In this document: piece after piece, positions 26,217-39,327 of the stretch
Position numbering within the stretch: position 1 is the first letter of the stretch
How the letters are laid out: every line of letters starts with the position of its first letter
Assembly: GCA_951406725.2 (NCBI GenBank)
Contig: OX597831.1
Span: 53,816,001 to 53,880,000, forward strand
Source: Octopus vulgaris
Taxonomy: Eukaryota
Length of the DNA stretch: 64,000 nucleotides
Reading direction: 5' to 3'
The notes under the pieces: generated by a model
What the model was told of the DNA's origin: nothing
Seen by the model: the letters and a program-made list of their open reading frames with translations, nothing else
The model's database searches: none
Program-made: the position numbers and the translations under genes

Positions 26217-27149
26217 CTTGTTTCTATCAATCAAACAACAGTTTCTATCAATCAAATTCATTCCCAAGGCATTTGGTCCACCAAGAAGACACTTGCCCAA
26301 GGTGCTGTGCAGTGGAACTGAACCCAAAACCACATGATTTGGCGAAGTGAACTTCTTAATCACACAGAAATACCAATAAATAAAATAAATAAGTAAATAC
26401 ATATATAAATCAAATCAAATCAAACTTTATGGGCATATAAGAAGACAATATAATATTTTTGTTCACATTAGTTATGTGAACAATATGTATCTCGATGTTG
26501 ATTGTTTGTATATACTCACCACCTGCTGCAATAATTCAGCAAATGCTGCTCATCAAAGTTACTATTGAATAAATAATAAAACAAGAATATATTTAATACA
26601 ATAACTACCTAATTATTGATTACTAATACCAACAGGATGAAAACTTCATATTATTTTGGAAATGCAACTACGTACAACAACAGTTCATGAGAATTTCATT
26701 TACATAATTTCAAAAGTGGTTGTGGTAGTGGTGGTGGTGGTAAAGATGGTGGTTGTGGTGGTGGTAGTGGTGGTAGTGGTGATATGATAATGGTAGTGAT
26801 GATTATTATTTGCTGATTGGAGGAGTTGCAATAAAGCATCTGCAACAGCAACTTGCAAGCTCAAATGCACACACACACACACACACACACACTCCTATAT
26901 ACACATGAATACATAAATCTCTTTTACTCTTTTACTCTTTTACTTGTTTCAGTCATGTGACTGTGGCCATGCTGGAGCACCACCTTTAGTCCAGCACATC
27001 GACCCCCAGGACTTATTCTTTGTAAGACTAGTACTTATTCTACTGGTCTCTTTTGCCGAACCGCTAAGTTACGGGGACATAAATGCACTAGCATCAGTTG
27101 TCAAGTGATGTTGGGGGGAAACACAAACATATACACACATACATACATT

Positions 27150-27181
<32 letters not shown>

Positions 27182-27617
27182 CATATATACGACAGGATTC
27201 TTTCAGTTTCTGGCTACCAAATCCACTCACAAGGCTTTGTTCAGCCTAAGGCTATAGTAGAAGATACTTGCCCAAGGTGCCACGCAGTGGGACTGAACCC
27301 AGAACCATGTGGTTGGTAAGCAAGCTACTTACCACACAGCCACTCCTACGCCTACTGTATATCTATATATAGTATATATAATATTATCTATACATCATCA
27401 TCATGATTTAATGTCTATTTTCCATGCTGGAATGGGTTGGATAATTTAACAGGAGTTGGCAAGCTGGAGACCTGCACCAGGCTCCAACTATCTGTTTTGG
27501 CATAGGTTCTATGTTTAGATGCCCTTCCTAATGCCAACCACTTTACCAAGTATACTGGATGCTTTATATGTGACACCAGCACATGTGTATGTGTTTGCGT
27601 GTGTGTGTGTGAGTGTG

Positions 27618-27649
<32 letters not shown>

Positions 27650-27656
<7 letters not shown>

Positions 27657-28452
27657 CAAATAAGAAAATATGGAGAGGATAATCATTCGACAAACATCAG
27701 CCTCTAAACATTCATTTGGATCTACTTATTAATTAATTACAATCATATCTATAAGTAATCCAAATAAATAAATAAAAATAGATAAATGAATAAGAATAAA
27801 TGAGTGAAAAAATACTAAACTCTTACAGCAGTGTCTACTTTAGGGGCAGCCAATTTTCAAAGGTTTCCACATCATACCAGTAATATACAGGGATTGTATA
27901 AAGGTTGAACAAACATTGGACAGGGGTTGGAAAATAATTGAGCCACAATGCTTCATCAGAGAGACCATAATGTTAGAAATCTAACATGTGAGGAAGTAAG
28001 ATAAAATAATTAAATAATAAAAATTGTAAGGAAAAGTAAAACAGTCAATCCAAAGTAGTATCCATAAGTTATGGGATTACATCTTAGAAACAGCTGTAAA
28101 AGTTTAGTATCTTTTCATTCATTTATTCTTATTCTTTTATTTATTTTTATTTATTTATTTACCTGTTTATTTATTTGGATTACTAATACATATGATTGCC
28201 ATTAATTAATAAATAGATCCAAATGAATGTTTACAGGCTGATGTTTGTTGATTAATTATCCTCTCCATTTTCTTGTTTGCCTTATAAATTCTGGGTAAAT
28301 TTCTGCTTTACCCCCACTCATACCTACTATTCAATTGCGCTACTGCCCTGCAACAGTAAGCACCTAGATATAAATACATAAGTAAACATCCAGTAGTATA
28401 CTGGATATTTATTATCCCTTAGATGGTTGTTTAACCTCTAACTCATAAAGAC
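27650..28452. mobile_element. Penelope-like fold-back with large-stem-II hammerhead
   Basis: Arms at about 27650-27838 and 28085-28286, tail to 28452. Minus strand: CTCT-CTGATGA-117 nt-GACAC-TGCT-GTA-AGAG. The plus arm keeps GAAACAGCTGTA (28087-28098). Confidence 0.7.
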
Positions 28453-28552
28453 ATATATATATATATATATATAGTTAATCCAAACCTGAAAACACAAAGA
28501 GAAAAACACAACAACGCGAGGACATGGAACAAATATAGTATTATTGGACGCT

Positions 28553-30324
28553 ATATATGTCACTTCTATATGTATTGACTCTCAAGCCACTACTACAGAA
28601 GCTGGCGACGCTGAGGGGTATCCCATGAGAATTGGGATGCAGGACGAGCGTGTCTGCATATGCAGACGATGTCATCATCATAGTGTCTAGCCAGAAGCAC
28701 ATCGAGCTGCTTGGCAAGACACTGAAAGACTACAAAGCGGTAACAGGAGTGAAAATCAACCGGGAAAATACAGTGGGCTTGCAGCTCAGCACCTGGAGAA
28801 GCAAGCTCATGCTATCCACCAACGTCTCCATCATGGGATGCTAGACTGACGGTCCAGTTGAGTTGCTCGGGGTCTGGTTTGGTCTGGACCTCCAAACGAA
28901 GAAGAACTGGAACAAGATAACGAGTAGAGCGGTTACTCTTGCCCGGCAATGGGCCGAGAGGAAGCTGTCCCTAAAAGGTTGGGTGGAGGTGGGGAACACG
29001 TTCATCGCTTCTGTCATCTATTACCGCCTGACCGTTGTGCCTTGTCCTGATCCTACCATCACCAAAGTAGAATGCATCCTCTTCCACTTCTTGTGGAAAA
29101 GATGCATTCCAATGTTGCCAACACCTGTTAAAAGGAGGGCTGGACATGGCATGGTTGATGATGTGCAGACACATGCTGAGACTGCAACATTTCCAGCTCT
29201 ATGTAGACGACGGTGAACAGGTGTGGTCGCCGTTTGTGAGATGTGCTTTCCCACAGCTTGTCTCCATGAACAAACTGCAGTCGTGGATCAAAAAGGAAGG
29301 CAAATGGCACCACGAGTATCTCGTTGCTCTCAAGCAACAATACCGTCTCGGGTCAACCTTGAGTAAAATCAACACAGTCAAAACATTCTATAAAGAATTA
29401 ATGGAGGGGAGGTATGATGATGATCTCAGGGCGAACCTGGACATCAACAAGGAATACCTGACCCACCTGTTCAAGACAACTTTCAGGCCGGGACCTATGC
29501 ACAACTTCCAGAGATCCCTGACCTGGAAGTGCTATCGAGAAGTGCTACCCATTCGGGATAAGCTCTACAGGCATGGCTCAAAACACGGGGCCGACTTGCC
29601 TGAGATGCAGTCAGAGTGACGAAACCGTCCTGCACGCACTCGTACAGTATCCAACCATTTCCGACCTGTGGGCCTATGTTGAACGACTGCTATCATGTGA
29701 GGGATGAGTTGGTTTATCAACCAAGTCTATCATGAATATTATTGCACCTCCTTCCTTGAAACGGGAAGGCAGAGCCATTTTCATTGTACTTGTGGCTATG
29801 GCGAAAGAATGTGCATGGTGAACGCGTCTGAAAGGTCTAGAGATAAACACTTTCTTTTCTGGTCAATCTCTCATCAACTTCTTCAAGTATCACTTGAAGA
29901 GGAAGGTAAAAGTAGAGAGGGAAGTTTTGTCTAGTGAATGCTTCAAAAAAAGATGGGTGAACGTAGCACGGATGGCACGTGTGAATGACAGAGCCTGCTT
30001 AAGCATAATCCTACAAACCAAAAAACGAAAGGGAAAAAGAGTCACTTACTGTAATTTGTTTTTTTGCATGACCTTATTGCCCAAGGCTACTGTGGACTTT
30101 TCCGTACTCTTTTCTTTCCATGGATAAACCTAATCTGTTTTCCCTTTTTCCATTGACATTTCTGTGATACACAATACCTATTGATCGACTTTTTTTTTCT
30201 TTTTCCATGATCCCTTTTGATTGAAATTTGACCCACTTTTTTCTCTCTTCTTCTTCCCAAAAAGAAAAGCTCTACTTTGTATTTTGCCCCCTCTGTGTTC
30301 AACCCTGCATGGCCAATAAAGAAA
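28553..30324 (+). mobile_element. 5'-truncated Tx1/L1-clade LINE (RT, zf-RVT, 3' UTR), defective
   Basis: SVSAYADDVIIIV, LGVWFG, KLSLKGWVEV..FIASVIYYRL and C..C...ETVLHAL motifs; AATAAA-containing 3' end; several stops and frameshifts. Confidence 0.88.
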
Positions 30325-30356
30325 CATATATATATATATGTTTGTGTATATGTATA

Positions 30357-31660
30357 CAGAGTGCAGTGAATAAATTGTCGTCTAAATTACGCAAAAGTGA
30401 AAATAACACTGACGTCTCATTTTATCAGATATATTTACCAAATTTACATAAAAATATCTTGAAATACTAAAGAGTAAATTTATTCAATAAAATCACCATT
30501 GGCTTCAACCATGACCTCCAGACAACATCGGAATCTCCTGCAACTTTCTGGACAGTCTCCTTGTTTAAGTTGGTGAATGCTGCCATAATCCTTGCCTTCA
30601 GTTCATCTTTAGTGTTACAAGGAATTTTGTTGGTCTCTCACTCAACTGCACCCCACACATAATAATCAAGGGAGTTGCAATCTGGGGAGTTAGAAGGCCA
30701 TATGTTATGGGTGATGTGGTCGTAGAAATTGTCTGACAGCCTTGACTGGGTTCTCCTGCTTGTGTGGTATGGTGCAAAGTCCTGTTGCCAAATATAGGGT
30801 CTTCCAGCAGCCACCCTCTTGACCCAGAGCAGCAGTACCTCCTCCAGGCACTTGATGTAGGCCTCTGTGTTGAGTCTGAGGCCGTATGGGAAGATGACTG
30901 GAAGCATAACATTGCTACTGCTAGTGATCACTCCAAACACCATGATGTTGATTGGATGTTTGATTTTTATCACTCTTGGTACATATTTTAGGGACATGGC
31001 AAGCCAACGGTTGTTCTGTGTGCTCAACATCTGATCTTGGCAGAAATTTTTCTTTTCTGAGAAAAACCAAAGTATGTTCGGTTGGAGGGGATGATTGAGT
31101 TTATTCAAAAGCTTTGTAGCATGATGTTTCTTCTTGTCCTTGATAGCTTGGGGTAAAAACTGGCCCTTTCTCATCTTGTATGAAGAATACTGAAAGTCTT
31201 CATGCACTCCCTGCCTAATAAAAAACTCAGACACTCCCATGTCCCTGGTGATGGACCTGATTGACTTGGAAGGATCGTTATCAATCATAGCCTGGATCTC
31301 ACCAACAAATTCAGGAGTTGTTTTCTTATTAGAATTATCAGAGTGAGTTTTCTGAGCTGCCATACCTTCGTTGTCACCATTAGACTCATCCAACTCTTTC
31401 TGAATCCTCAGCACTTTCCTCAGATTGACACCCAAACTCTCTGAAATGTTTACATTGGAGCTTCCAGCATGAATGCCAACCAGTACAGCATGTTGTTTCC
31501 AAATTTCTGGCAAAGTAAGTTGCGTCACGGTGCTGTTTTTTCTCATAGATGGTGCCCAACTGACCCTACTATACTGTGTAGTTAACAAAACCAAAAACAA
31601 ACAATGCACATGCATAAAATTAGAAATATAAAATGGTGACAATTTACCCATCGCACCCAG
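30357..31660 (-). mobile_element. DD37D (maT-type) Tc1/mariner element
   Basis: TA flanks; imperfect TIRs CAGAGTGCAGTGAATAAATTGTC / CTGGGTGCGATGGGTAAATTGTC. Confidence 0.85.
30638..31546 (-). pseudogene. DD37D transposase, long open frame but inactive
   Basis: Motifs WFFSEKKNF (expected SDEKNF), WQQDFAPYH and WPSNSPDCNSLDYYVW, with 37 residues between the second and third Asp; premature stop after GAVE. Confidence 0.85.
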
Positions 31661-32191
31661 TATACAATTATAAAGCCGCACTGTGAATGAAACAGGAATG
31701 TAATTACATTCTTTCTGTTATTGATGTGCAGAAAAAAATGGCAGGCAGTCTCCAGATAGATTATTTCTTAGTTGTTGACCATTCTTCAGAAAAGACACAC
31801 TTGGCTTCCTTCTTCAATCAACTGTATAGATTAGCTGATATGATAATTTTAAAAAGTCATAAATTTGGCCAGCACTGTGCTGGGTAACCTACTTCACATA
31901 TTTGTGCTTTTGGCAACTCATCATTAATTAAACATCATCTTTTTCTGTGTACAACACATCATAAAGAAGAAGCACTGAAACAAATTCAAACATTACAAAA
32001 CCACATCGTGATTGAAATAGGAATGGCAATACTTTCTTTCTATGCTACTGACGTACAGAGGAAAAAGGAGAGTGTGTATAAAAATAATGCGTATCTATTG
32101 ACATTGCTTTTAATTAACCATAGTTAATTTGAATTGTCATACAGCATAGTAATTTTGATAATCTGATAGCTTATTTTTAGAATGACACTTT

Positions 32192-32227
<36 letters not shown>

Positions 32228-32231
32228 TATG

Positions 32232-32288
<57 letters not shown>

Positions 32289-33251
32289 GACAGGCTTCTT
32301 TCAGTTTCTGCCTATCAAATCCACTCACAAGGCTTTGGTCAGTCCAGAGCTATAATAGAAAACACTTGCCCAAGGTGCCGCACTATGGGACTGAACTGCA
32401 AACCACATGGTTGGGAAGTAAGCTTTTCAGCAACACAGCCCTACCTGTGCCTCTCCATGATTGGAAAAAATTGTTTACATATGGATGTATACATATATGA
32501 AGGCAATGAAATAAAAAGAATAAGATTCTAGGCTTTGGCTAGCATTGCTGCATTACTATCATCATCATCATCTTTTTATGCTGACTTTTCTATGCAGCAT
32601 GAGTTGGACAGTTTCCTGAGGCATTGCTTTGCTTTACAGTGAGATACATTTTGTGATGCGAGCCCTTTGGAAGATACACCTAGAAACACTGTACTTATTC
32701 TAAAACTGGTATACACATGATAAAGTTAGTATAGATTGTTGTGTGATGTGAAGTGGAGCCTTGATTTGGGAAAAGAGATTGAGATTGATAGTCAGAAAAA
32801 GATGAAGTGAGTGTGGAAAGCCAGCATGTCCATCAAAGCATAATTAACTGATGCACTCCAGTTAAGATAGTAAATACTTCAGTTTCTACCTATGAAAGAA
32901 GAATGAAAAAGACTCCAGGGGTTTTGTGTGCATTTTGTGTGCACTGAGCACTAAGCGATAAATAGCCTTAATGTAAAGTGATAAACAGTTAACCAGTTGG
33001 TGGAATTTGCAGAAATTTCAAGGGTGGTAAAGATAGCAGATGGACTTTAAAGAATGTGGAAGTCACACTTTGAGCTGAAGTAACTGGAGGCTATTTAATG
33101 TTAATGGCTTGGTCGGGGTTGTAGTGAGAAAGGATTCTGTTACTGACATCTCATTTAGGAAGGAAGCTGGGATATAGAGTGTAGCCTGTACATCAGAGAT
33201 GAGTTATACTTAGAAGGTAGGAGACTTGAGTCACAATAAAAAGATTAAGAT

Positions 33252-33750
33252 GTAGTTAGTTAGTTAGTTAGTTAATTAGTTAGTTAGTTAGCTAGTTAGT
33301 TAACTAGTTAGTTAGCAAGTTAGTTAGCTAGTTACTTAGTTAGCTAGCTAGTTAGTTAACTACTTAGTTAGCTAGTTAATTAGATAGTTAGCTAGTTAAT
33401 TAGTTAGTTAGTTAGTTAGCTAGCTAGATAATTAGTTAGCTAGCTAGTTAGTTATATAGTTAGTTAATTAGTTAGTTTGTTAGCTAGTTAGTTAGCTAGC
33501 TAGTTAGTTAGTTGGTTAGTTAGTTGGTTAGTTTGCTAAGTTAGCTAGTTAGTTATTTAGTTAGCAAGTTAGTTAGCTTGTTAATTAGTTAGCTAGTTAG
33601 TTAATTAGTTGGCTAGTTAGTTAAGTTAGTTAGTTAGTTAGCTGGTTAGTTAGCTAGTTAGTTAGTTAGAGAGTTAGTTAGCTAGTTCGTTAGTATGTTA
33701 TTTATTTATTTAGTTAATTAGTTAGCTAGCTAGCTAGTTAGTTAGCTAGT
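33252..33750. repeat. Degenerate (TAGT/TAGC)n tetranucleotide array, about 500 bp
   Basis: Directly visible. Confidence 0.95.
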
Positions 33751-33865
33751 AAATTAAATACATATGTATGCATGCATGTAAGTATGTCTGCATGTGTGTG
33801 TATGTATGTATATATGTATGTATGTATGTATGTATATATGTATGCATGTATATATGTATGTATGT

Positions 33866-34311
33866 ATGAAGTACATCCGATGGGCAGGGTATGTCTCCAG
33901 AATGGAAAATCATCGCTTTCCTAAGATTTCCCTGTTTAGTGAACTCTCCACCAGCCACTGTGAGAGAGGAGCCTCGAGGAAACGCTACAAAGATTGCCTC
34001 AAAAAGTCTCTCACCGCATGTCATGTTGACCAGCAATGCCGGACAGACCTGGCTGCGGACTGTGATGCCTGGCACCACACAATTTTCAACGTGGTCAAAA
34101 AGTTTGAAGAACTCAGAAGAGACGCACATAAAGACAAGAGACATAGGAGAAAGGCCCGAGCCACCTCTGACACCACACCGGATGTTACTTTCATCTGTGG
34201 ACACTGCACACGGACGTGCCTTTCCTGCATCAGACTTGTCAGTCATGAGCATGCCTGCAGACGACGTGGACAACCTTCCTAATTTTCATTCACGAAGCCA
34301 AGCCATGATGA
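33866..34311 (+). mobile_element. RTE (BovB-like) LINE 3' end in (TATG)n
   Basis: IRWAGYVSRMENHRFPK...RKRYKDCLK...C2H2-like FICGHCTRTCLSCIRLVSH; short 3' UTR and (ATG)n tail. Confidence 0.88.
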
Positions 34312-35857
34312 TGTATGTATGTATGTATGTATGTATGTATGTATGTATGTATGTATGTATGTATGCATGTATGTATGTATGTATGTATGTATGTATGTAT
34401 GTATGTATGTATGTATGCATGTATGTATGTATGTATGTTTGTATGTATGTATGTATAATTTTTCTCTGAGATTTATCTAAGTTCATCTGGAGAAAGTTCA
34501 AGCTGGTTGCTAACAGAGTAATAAGATTTTTTGAGTTAGGAGAGTTCCCAGTGTTTGTAAGCATGTGGTTGAGTTGGTGTATTGGTTGAACTGTTGATGC
34601 ATACATCCAAGTGCGTGCATCTATTCACATAAGAATCTTAGATGGAGAATTTTTTGAATGCATGCATGTATGTATATCTCTTTGTCTTTGGGGTGTGTTT
34701 TAAGTTTTTCTCTTCACAGAATTCAAACTGATCACTAACAGAGCAGCGCAGCTCTTTTGTTTAGGACAAGACAGCTCTTGAGGTTTGCGGTTACCTAAAT
34801 TGGTTGCTGTAAGCATATATGTGTATAATTGGGCATAAGTGCATATGGATAAACTTGCATTCACGGGTCTACATGTCATTATAGAACACAAGTGTGTGCT
34901 CCATTACAGTGTATGTGCATATGTGTGCATATCTATACATTACTGTGTGCATTTTTCACTTTGGTATCCTCAAATATAGAATCCCTGGAGTGTTTCAAAA
35001 ATTTTTGCTGTACTTCAAATCAACTGTATTGGGAAAATGCAAAACAATCTGCTCTGTACATTTTTGTAGAACCCAAACATTTCTATCTTTCTATACAAAT
35101 CAGTTGTTATGTAGTCAAATACACCTGTGATATTAGGAGCAAATGACAATCTATAGTTTGGATATAAGAACTGTAGGTTTCTCTTCAATTCTTCATAGAA
35201 GTTCTTTAGAGCAATTTTTGGTGATACATTCACATCTGCCAGGCAGCTGATCTCTACACTGGTGCAGGAGTATATATGTGTGTGCGTGCGTGCATACGTG
35301 TGTGTGTGTGCATGTGTACGTGTGTGTGTGTCTGTGTGTATGCATATATGTATGCATGTATGTATGATGCATGCCTATTCCTATGTACATATGTAAGTGC
35401 ATGTGCATGCACACATACACACACATACATCTGATTGAAATTTCATTCATGGTAAACTATTTTAGAAGCATTGTGAAAATAGGTTTTTCCTTCACTTCAT
35501 CTTTCTGTCCATCTATACATGCATGTGTGCGTGTGTGTATCCATTACAGCCAATCTTAAACTTCAATTAATATAATCACTCTACTGACAGATTTACAAGT
35601 GAATTTTTCCCTGATTTATGAACTCCTAGACAGCTTACAATACATACATACATACATACATACATGCATGCATGCATACATACATACATACATACATACA
35701 TACATACATACATACATACACACACACATACATACATACATACATACATACATACATCAATGTATACAAACACATATATACATTAGTGTTTGCTTTTATG
35801 TCAAGTTATAATAAAAACAGTTTAAAATTAAACTCTGTAATTTAGGCCTACAAGCTT

Positions 35858-35891
<34 letters not shown>

Positions 35892-37383
35892 TTACAATGG
35901 GCTTCTTTCAGTTTTTCACAAGTGCACTCACAAAGCTTTGGTCAGTGAAGGATTATAGTAGAAGTTGCTGTGCAGTGGAACTGAACCTAAAACCATATGG
36001 CTGGGAAGTAAGCTTTTTAATCACACAACCACATCTGCACCAAGCCCCAGAGGCGTGATACATGTGATTGATGGCCATAATTAGTTTACACACACACGCA
36101 CGTACATTCACACACATACACACATGCACACAAACACACATGTACATTCACACATACACACATGCACATGCATGCACACACACACACACACACACATACA
36201 CGTGTGCACAAAGCCAGATGGGGAAAATGATATATTGCAGACACAACCAATTCATATTAGCAAGAATCTAGATGTAATTTTACATCGATGCTCTCACAAT
36301 TTAATCAAATTTCACTTCGTACTCTTCTTTCTAAAGATAGTGTCATAACTTTTTTCAATTATAATTCTGTGAAATTTAAACTGCTGGCAATCCTTGTGTA
36401 TCTGTATGTGTGTATGTGTGTGTTTCATTATTATTATTTTTATTGTTATTACTTACACTATATGAACGACTGATTGAAGTATATTGAGCAAGAATCGGTG
36501 TGAAAGCGTATAATTATATGAGTTATTAAATTTCTTAACCAAAGATTTTATTTCTGCATCCAGAAATTCTATTTATAACAAAATTTCACAGTACAGTTCT
36601 TAGACAGAGTTATAAAGTATTTTCAAATTTATTTGAATTAAAATTGATATTTTGGTAGCAGTTACCAACGCAATGAGTAATGCATGAATGCATACATACA
36701 TACATACATGCACGTATATAGACAAATAGACAATAATAAATACATAAACATAAATTTACATAAAATTTATGCTGGTGAGATACAGGTGAGATGAAAGGTA
36801 AACTCTGGCAGGAACATAGCTTGTTAGCTCAGATGAAAGAGTATATGTAGACACGAGAGAATACATAAAGTGTTTGTTACTTACTTGTAGGTGAAAGGTT
36901 GTCAATCAGCCAGATATGACAATTATTAAAATGCTTTAGATTGATGAGTTGATATAAAAATATATTTCAGAAAGTATGACAATAAGCAATTTCTTAAAAG
37001 GCGGACAGATCTGAAGTAGATCTGGAGTTGAGAGGGCATGTCATTGATGAAGTTATGAATAGCAGCAAAAGGACTTCAACAAACCTAGCTAATTAATTGA
37101 TTGACTGAATCAAAGAATCATTTAGTTAATTGGGTAAATGTCAAACTATTTGATTGATAATAATAAAAGCAGTAAAAAAAAAGTTTACACAAAAGAAGTG
37201 AAACAGAGCCAGTATGTATATTTATTATTGGCATAATGATCTTAGCAAGAGGCAGCCAAATCTGATTCAACACATGATTTCACTTTACGAATCTTGCAAA
37301 CCAAATACCAAAAAAAGAAATTTCTTATATGCTAATTAGTAATGCCCCCACCCCATTATGGCATTTATTATGATCTTCCCCAG

Positions 37384-37427
<44 letters not shown>

Positions 37428-37536
37428 CACATATACATATATATGTATGTATGAGTGTTTGTGTGTGTGTATATATGCATGTATATATCTATCTATCTCT
37501 CTCTCTCTCTCTAAATATATATATATATATATATAT

Positions 37537-37948
37537 ATAAAATACAAACTGGGACAAGAACGCGAAACATCCAGACAGTTAGGTGATACAAAAGGACAAC
37601 AAAACATCCAGATAGGCGATACAAGGAAACAAGTATGGGTCATTCAGAGTTTTCTTTCCTCAGTTGAGTTCCAGATTATCTTTGCAATTTCGGCTGGTTA
37701 TACTTGAGATTGCTCCAATCTGGCCAGCTCCAAGGAAAAACTAGCTTAGTTTTTCCTTGGGGCTGGCCAGATTGGAGCAATTTCAAGTATAACCAGCCGC
37801 AATTGCAAAGATAATCTGGAACTTGACTGAGGAAAGAAAACTCCAAACGACTCATCCTTGTTTCCTTGTATTGTCTATCTGTATGTTTTGTTGTCCTTTT
37901 TCTGTATTACCTAACTGTCTGGATGTTTTGCGTTCTTGTCCCATTTTG

Positions 37949-37955
<7 letters not shown>
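37537..37955. repeat. Near-perfect hairpin of about 420 bp inserted in (TA)n
   Basis: Arms of about 205 bp symmetric around about 37745 (AAAACTAGCTTAGTTTT). CTGAGGA is present in both arms but the downstream core is degenerate. Confidence 0.85.
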
Positions 37956-37984
<29 letters not shown>

Positions 37985-38004
37985 GCGTACGTACACTTTG
38001 GTCT

Positions 38005-38051
<47 letters not shown>

Positions 38052-38210
38052 GCATGTATATATATGCATGTATATATGTGTATATGTATATATACATGTA
38101 TCATCATCATCATCATCATGTAATGTCTGTTTTCCATGCTGGCATGACTTGGACAGTTTGACGGACTGGTGAAAACTGCACCAGGCTTCACTGTCTGTTT
38201 TGGCATACAT

Positions 38211-38245
<35 letters not shown>

Positions 38246-38279
38246 CTTGCATACATATATGTTTATATATATGTATGAG

Positions 38280-38319
<40 letters not shown>

Positions 38320-38977
38320 CACACACACACACACACACCTGTGCCACCAAAAATAATGGCATTTTGAAAGGAAGAGCTGAAAATGGTATTTAATAAATCC
38401 ATTGACATAACATATATTCCATATATTTGACATAGAGTTGTTGCAGCACATCATATATTACTAGGCAAGGTTCTGATCAAAGCTCATTTACCAGAAGTAG
38501 TGCTTTTTCGTCAATAATCAATGTAGCATGCATTCTATACACATGTAATACAAATAGCATTATGACATGTTCTATATATAAAGCTGTTATGGTGAAACGT
38601 AGATACATCCCAATATACAAACTTTACTTAATATATATTCACTGCATATATTTCCTATGGTTAATATAAACGAATTTCTATATAAAATATATTACAATTT
38701 TCAGGGTCAGAAATATACATATTTGCAATTCACATATATAATAAGCATTCCAAACATTGTGCATGCACACACACACACACACATACTTTGTATAGTGCAC
38801 CATACATTACTGAACATAAATTAGGTTTTCATTCCAGATCTTATATTACATATTTTGTGAAGAAATACATTTTTGTTAGATTTTCCTTGAACATCACTTC
38901 TTTCTATGTACAACCTCAGATTATTTTTTCTTGCAGTTTATATATATATATATATATCCTTGTTTCTTTCTGTGTTC

Positions 38978-39013
38978 CTTTCTGTGGAAGAGTGTAGGCT
39001 CGAAACATTAAAG
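38978..39013 (+). ncRNA. Variant minimal hammerhead-like motif (family D)
   Basis: CTTT-CTGTGGA-AGAGTgtagGCTC-GAAAC-ATT-AAAG; the A6U change is also seen in the 25677 copy. Confidence 0.5.
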
Positions 39014-39327
39014 ACTTTTTCACTTCCCGAGCGTTATACTAATTCATCTGTTTGTTGTCTACACCACCTGTCTTCGTCTTTTGTTTTTTTGTGAATTCTC
39101 CCTATATATATATATATATAGTATTTTTGTTCCTAAAATGTTTTGAACTTGTGGCCCTCAACTTTAGTTCTACTACAGAACTATGTAATGGAAGAATTTT
39201 GTAAATAATAAACAGGATAGAAAGAGAAACGAGTGTGTGTGTGTGCATGTGTAAAATTATAATATAATATAGGTATATATGTATGATAATAAATATATAT
39301 ATTTATATATATAATACATATACACAT

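Noticed and set aside
32640-33240. Possible old CR1/L2 fragment
   Set aside because: No convincing motif could be read in any frame.
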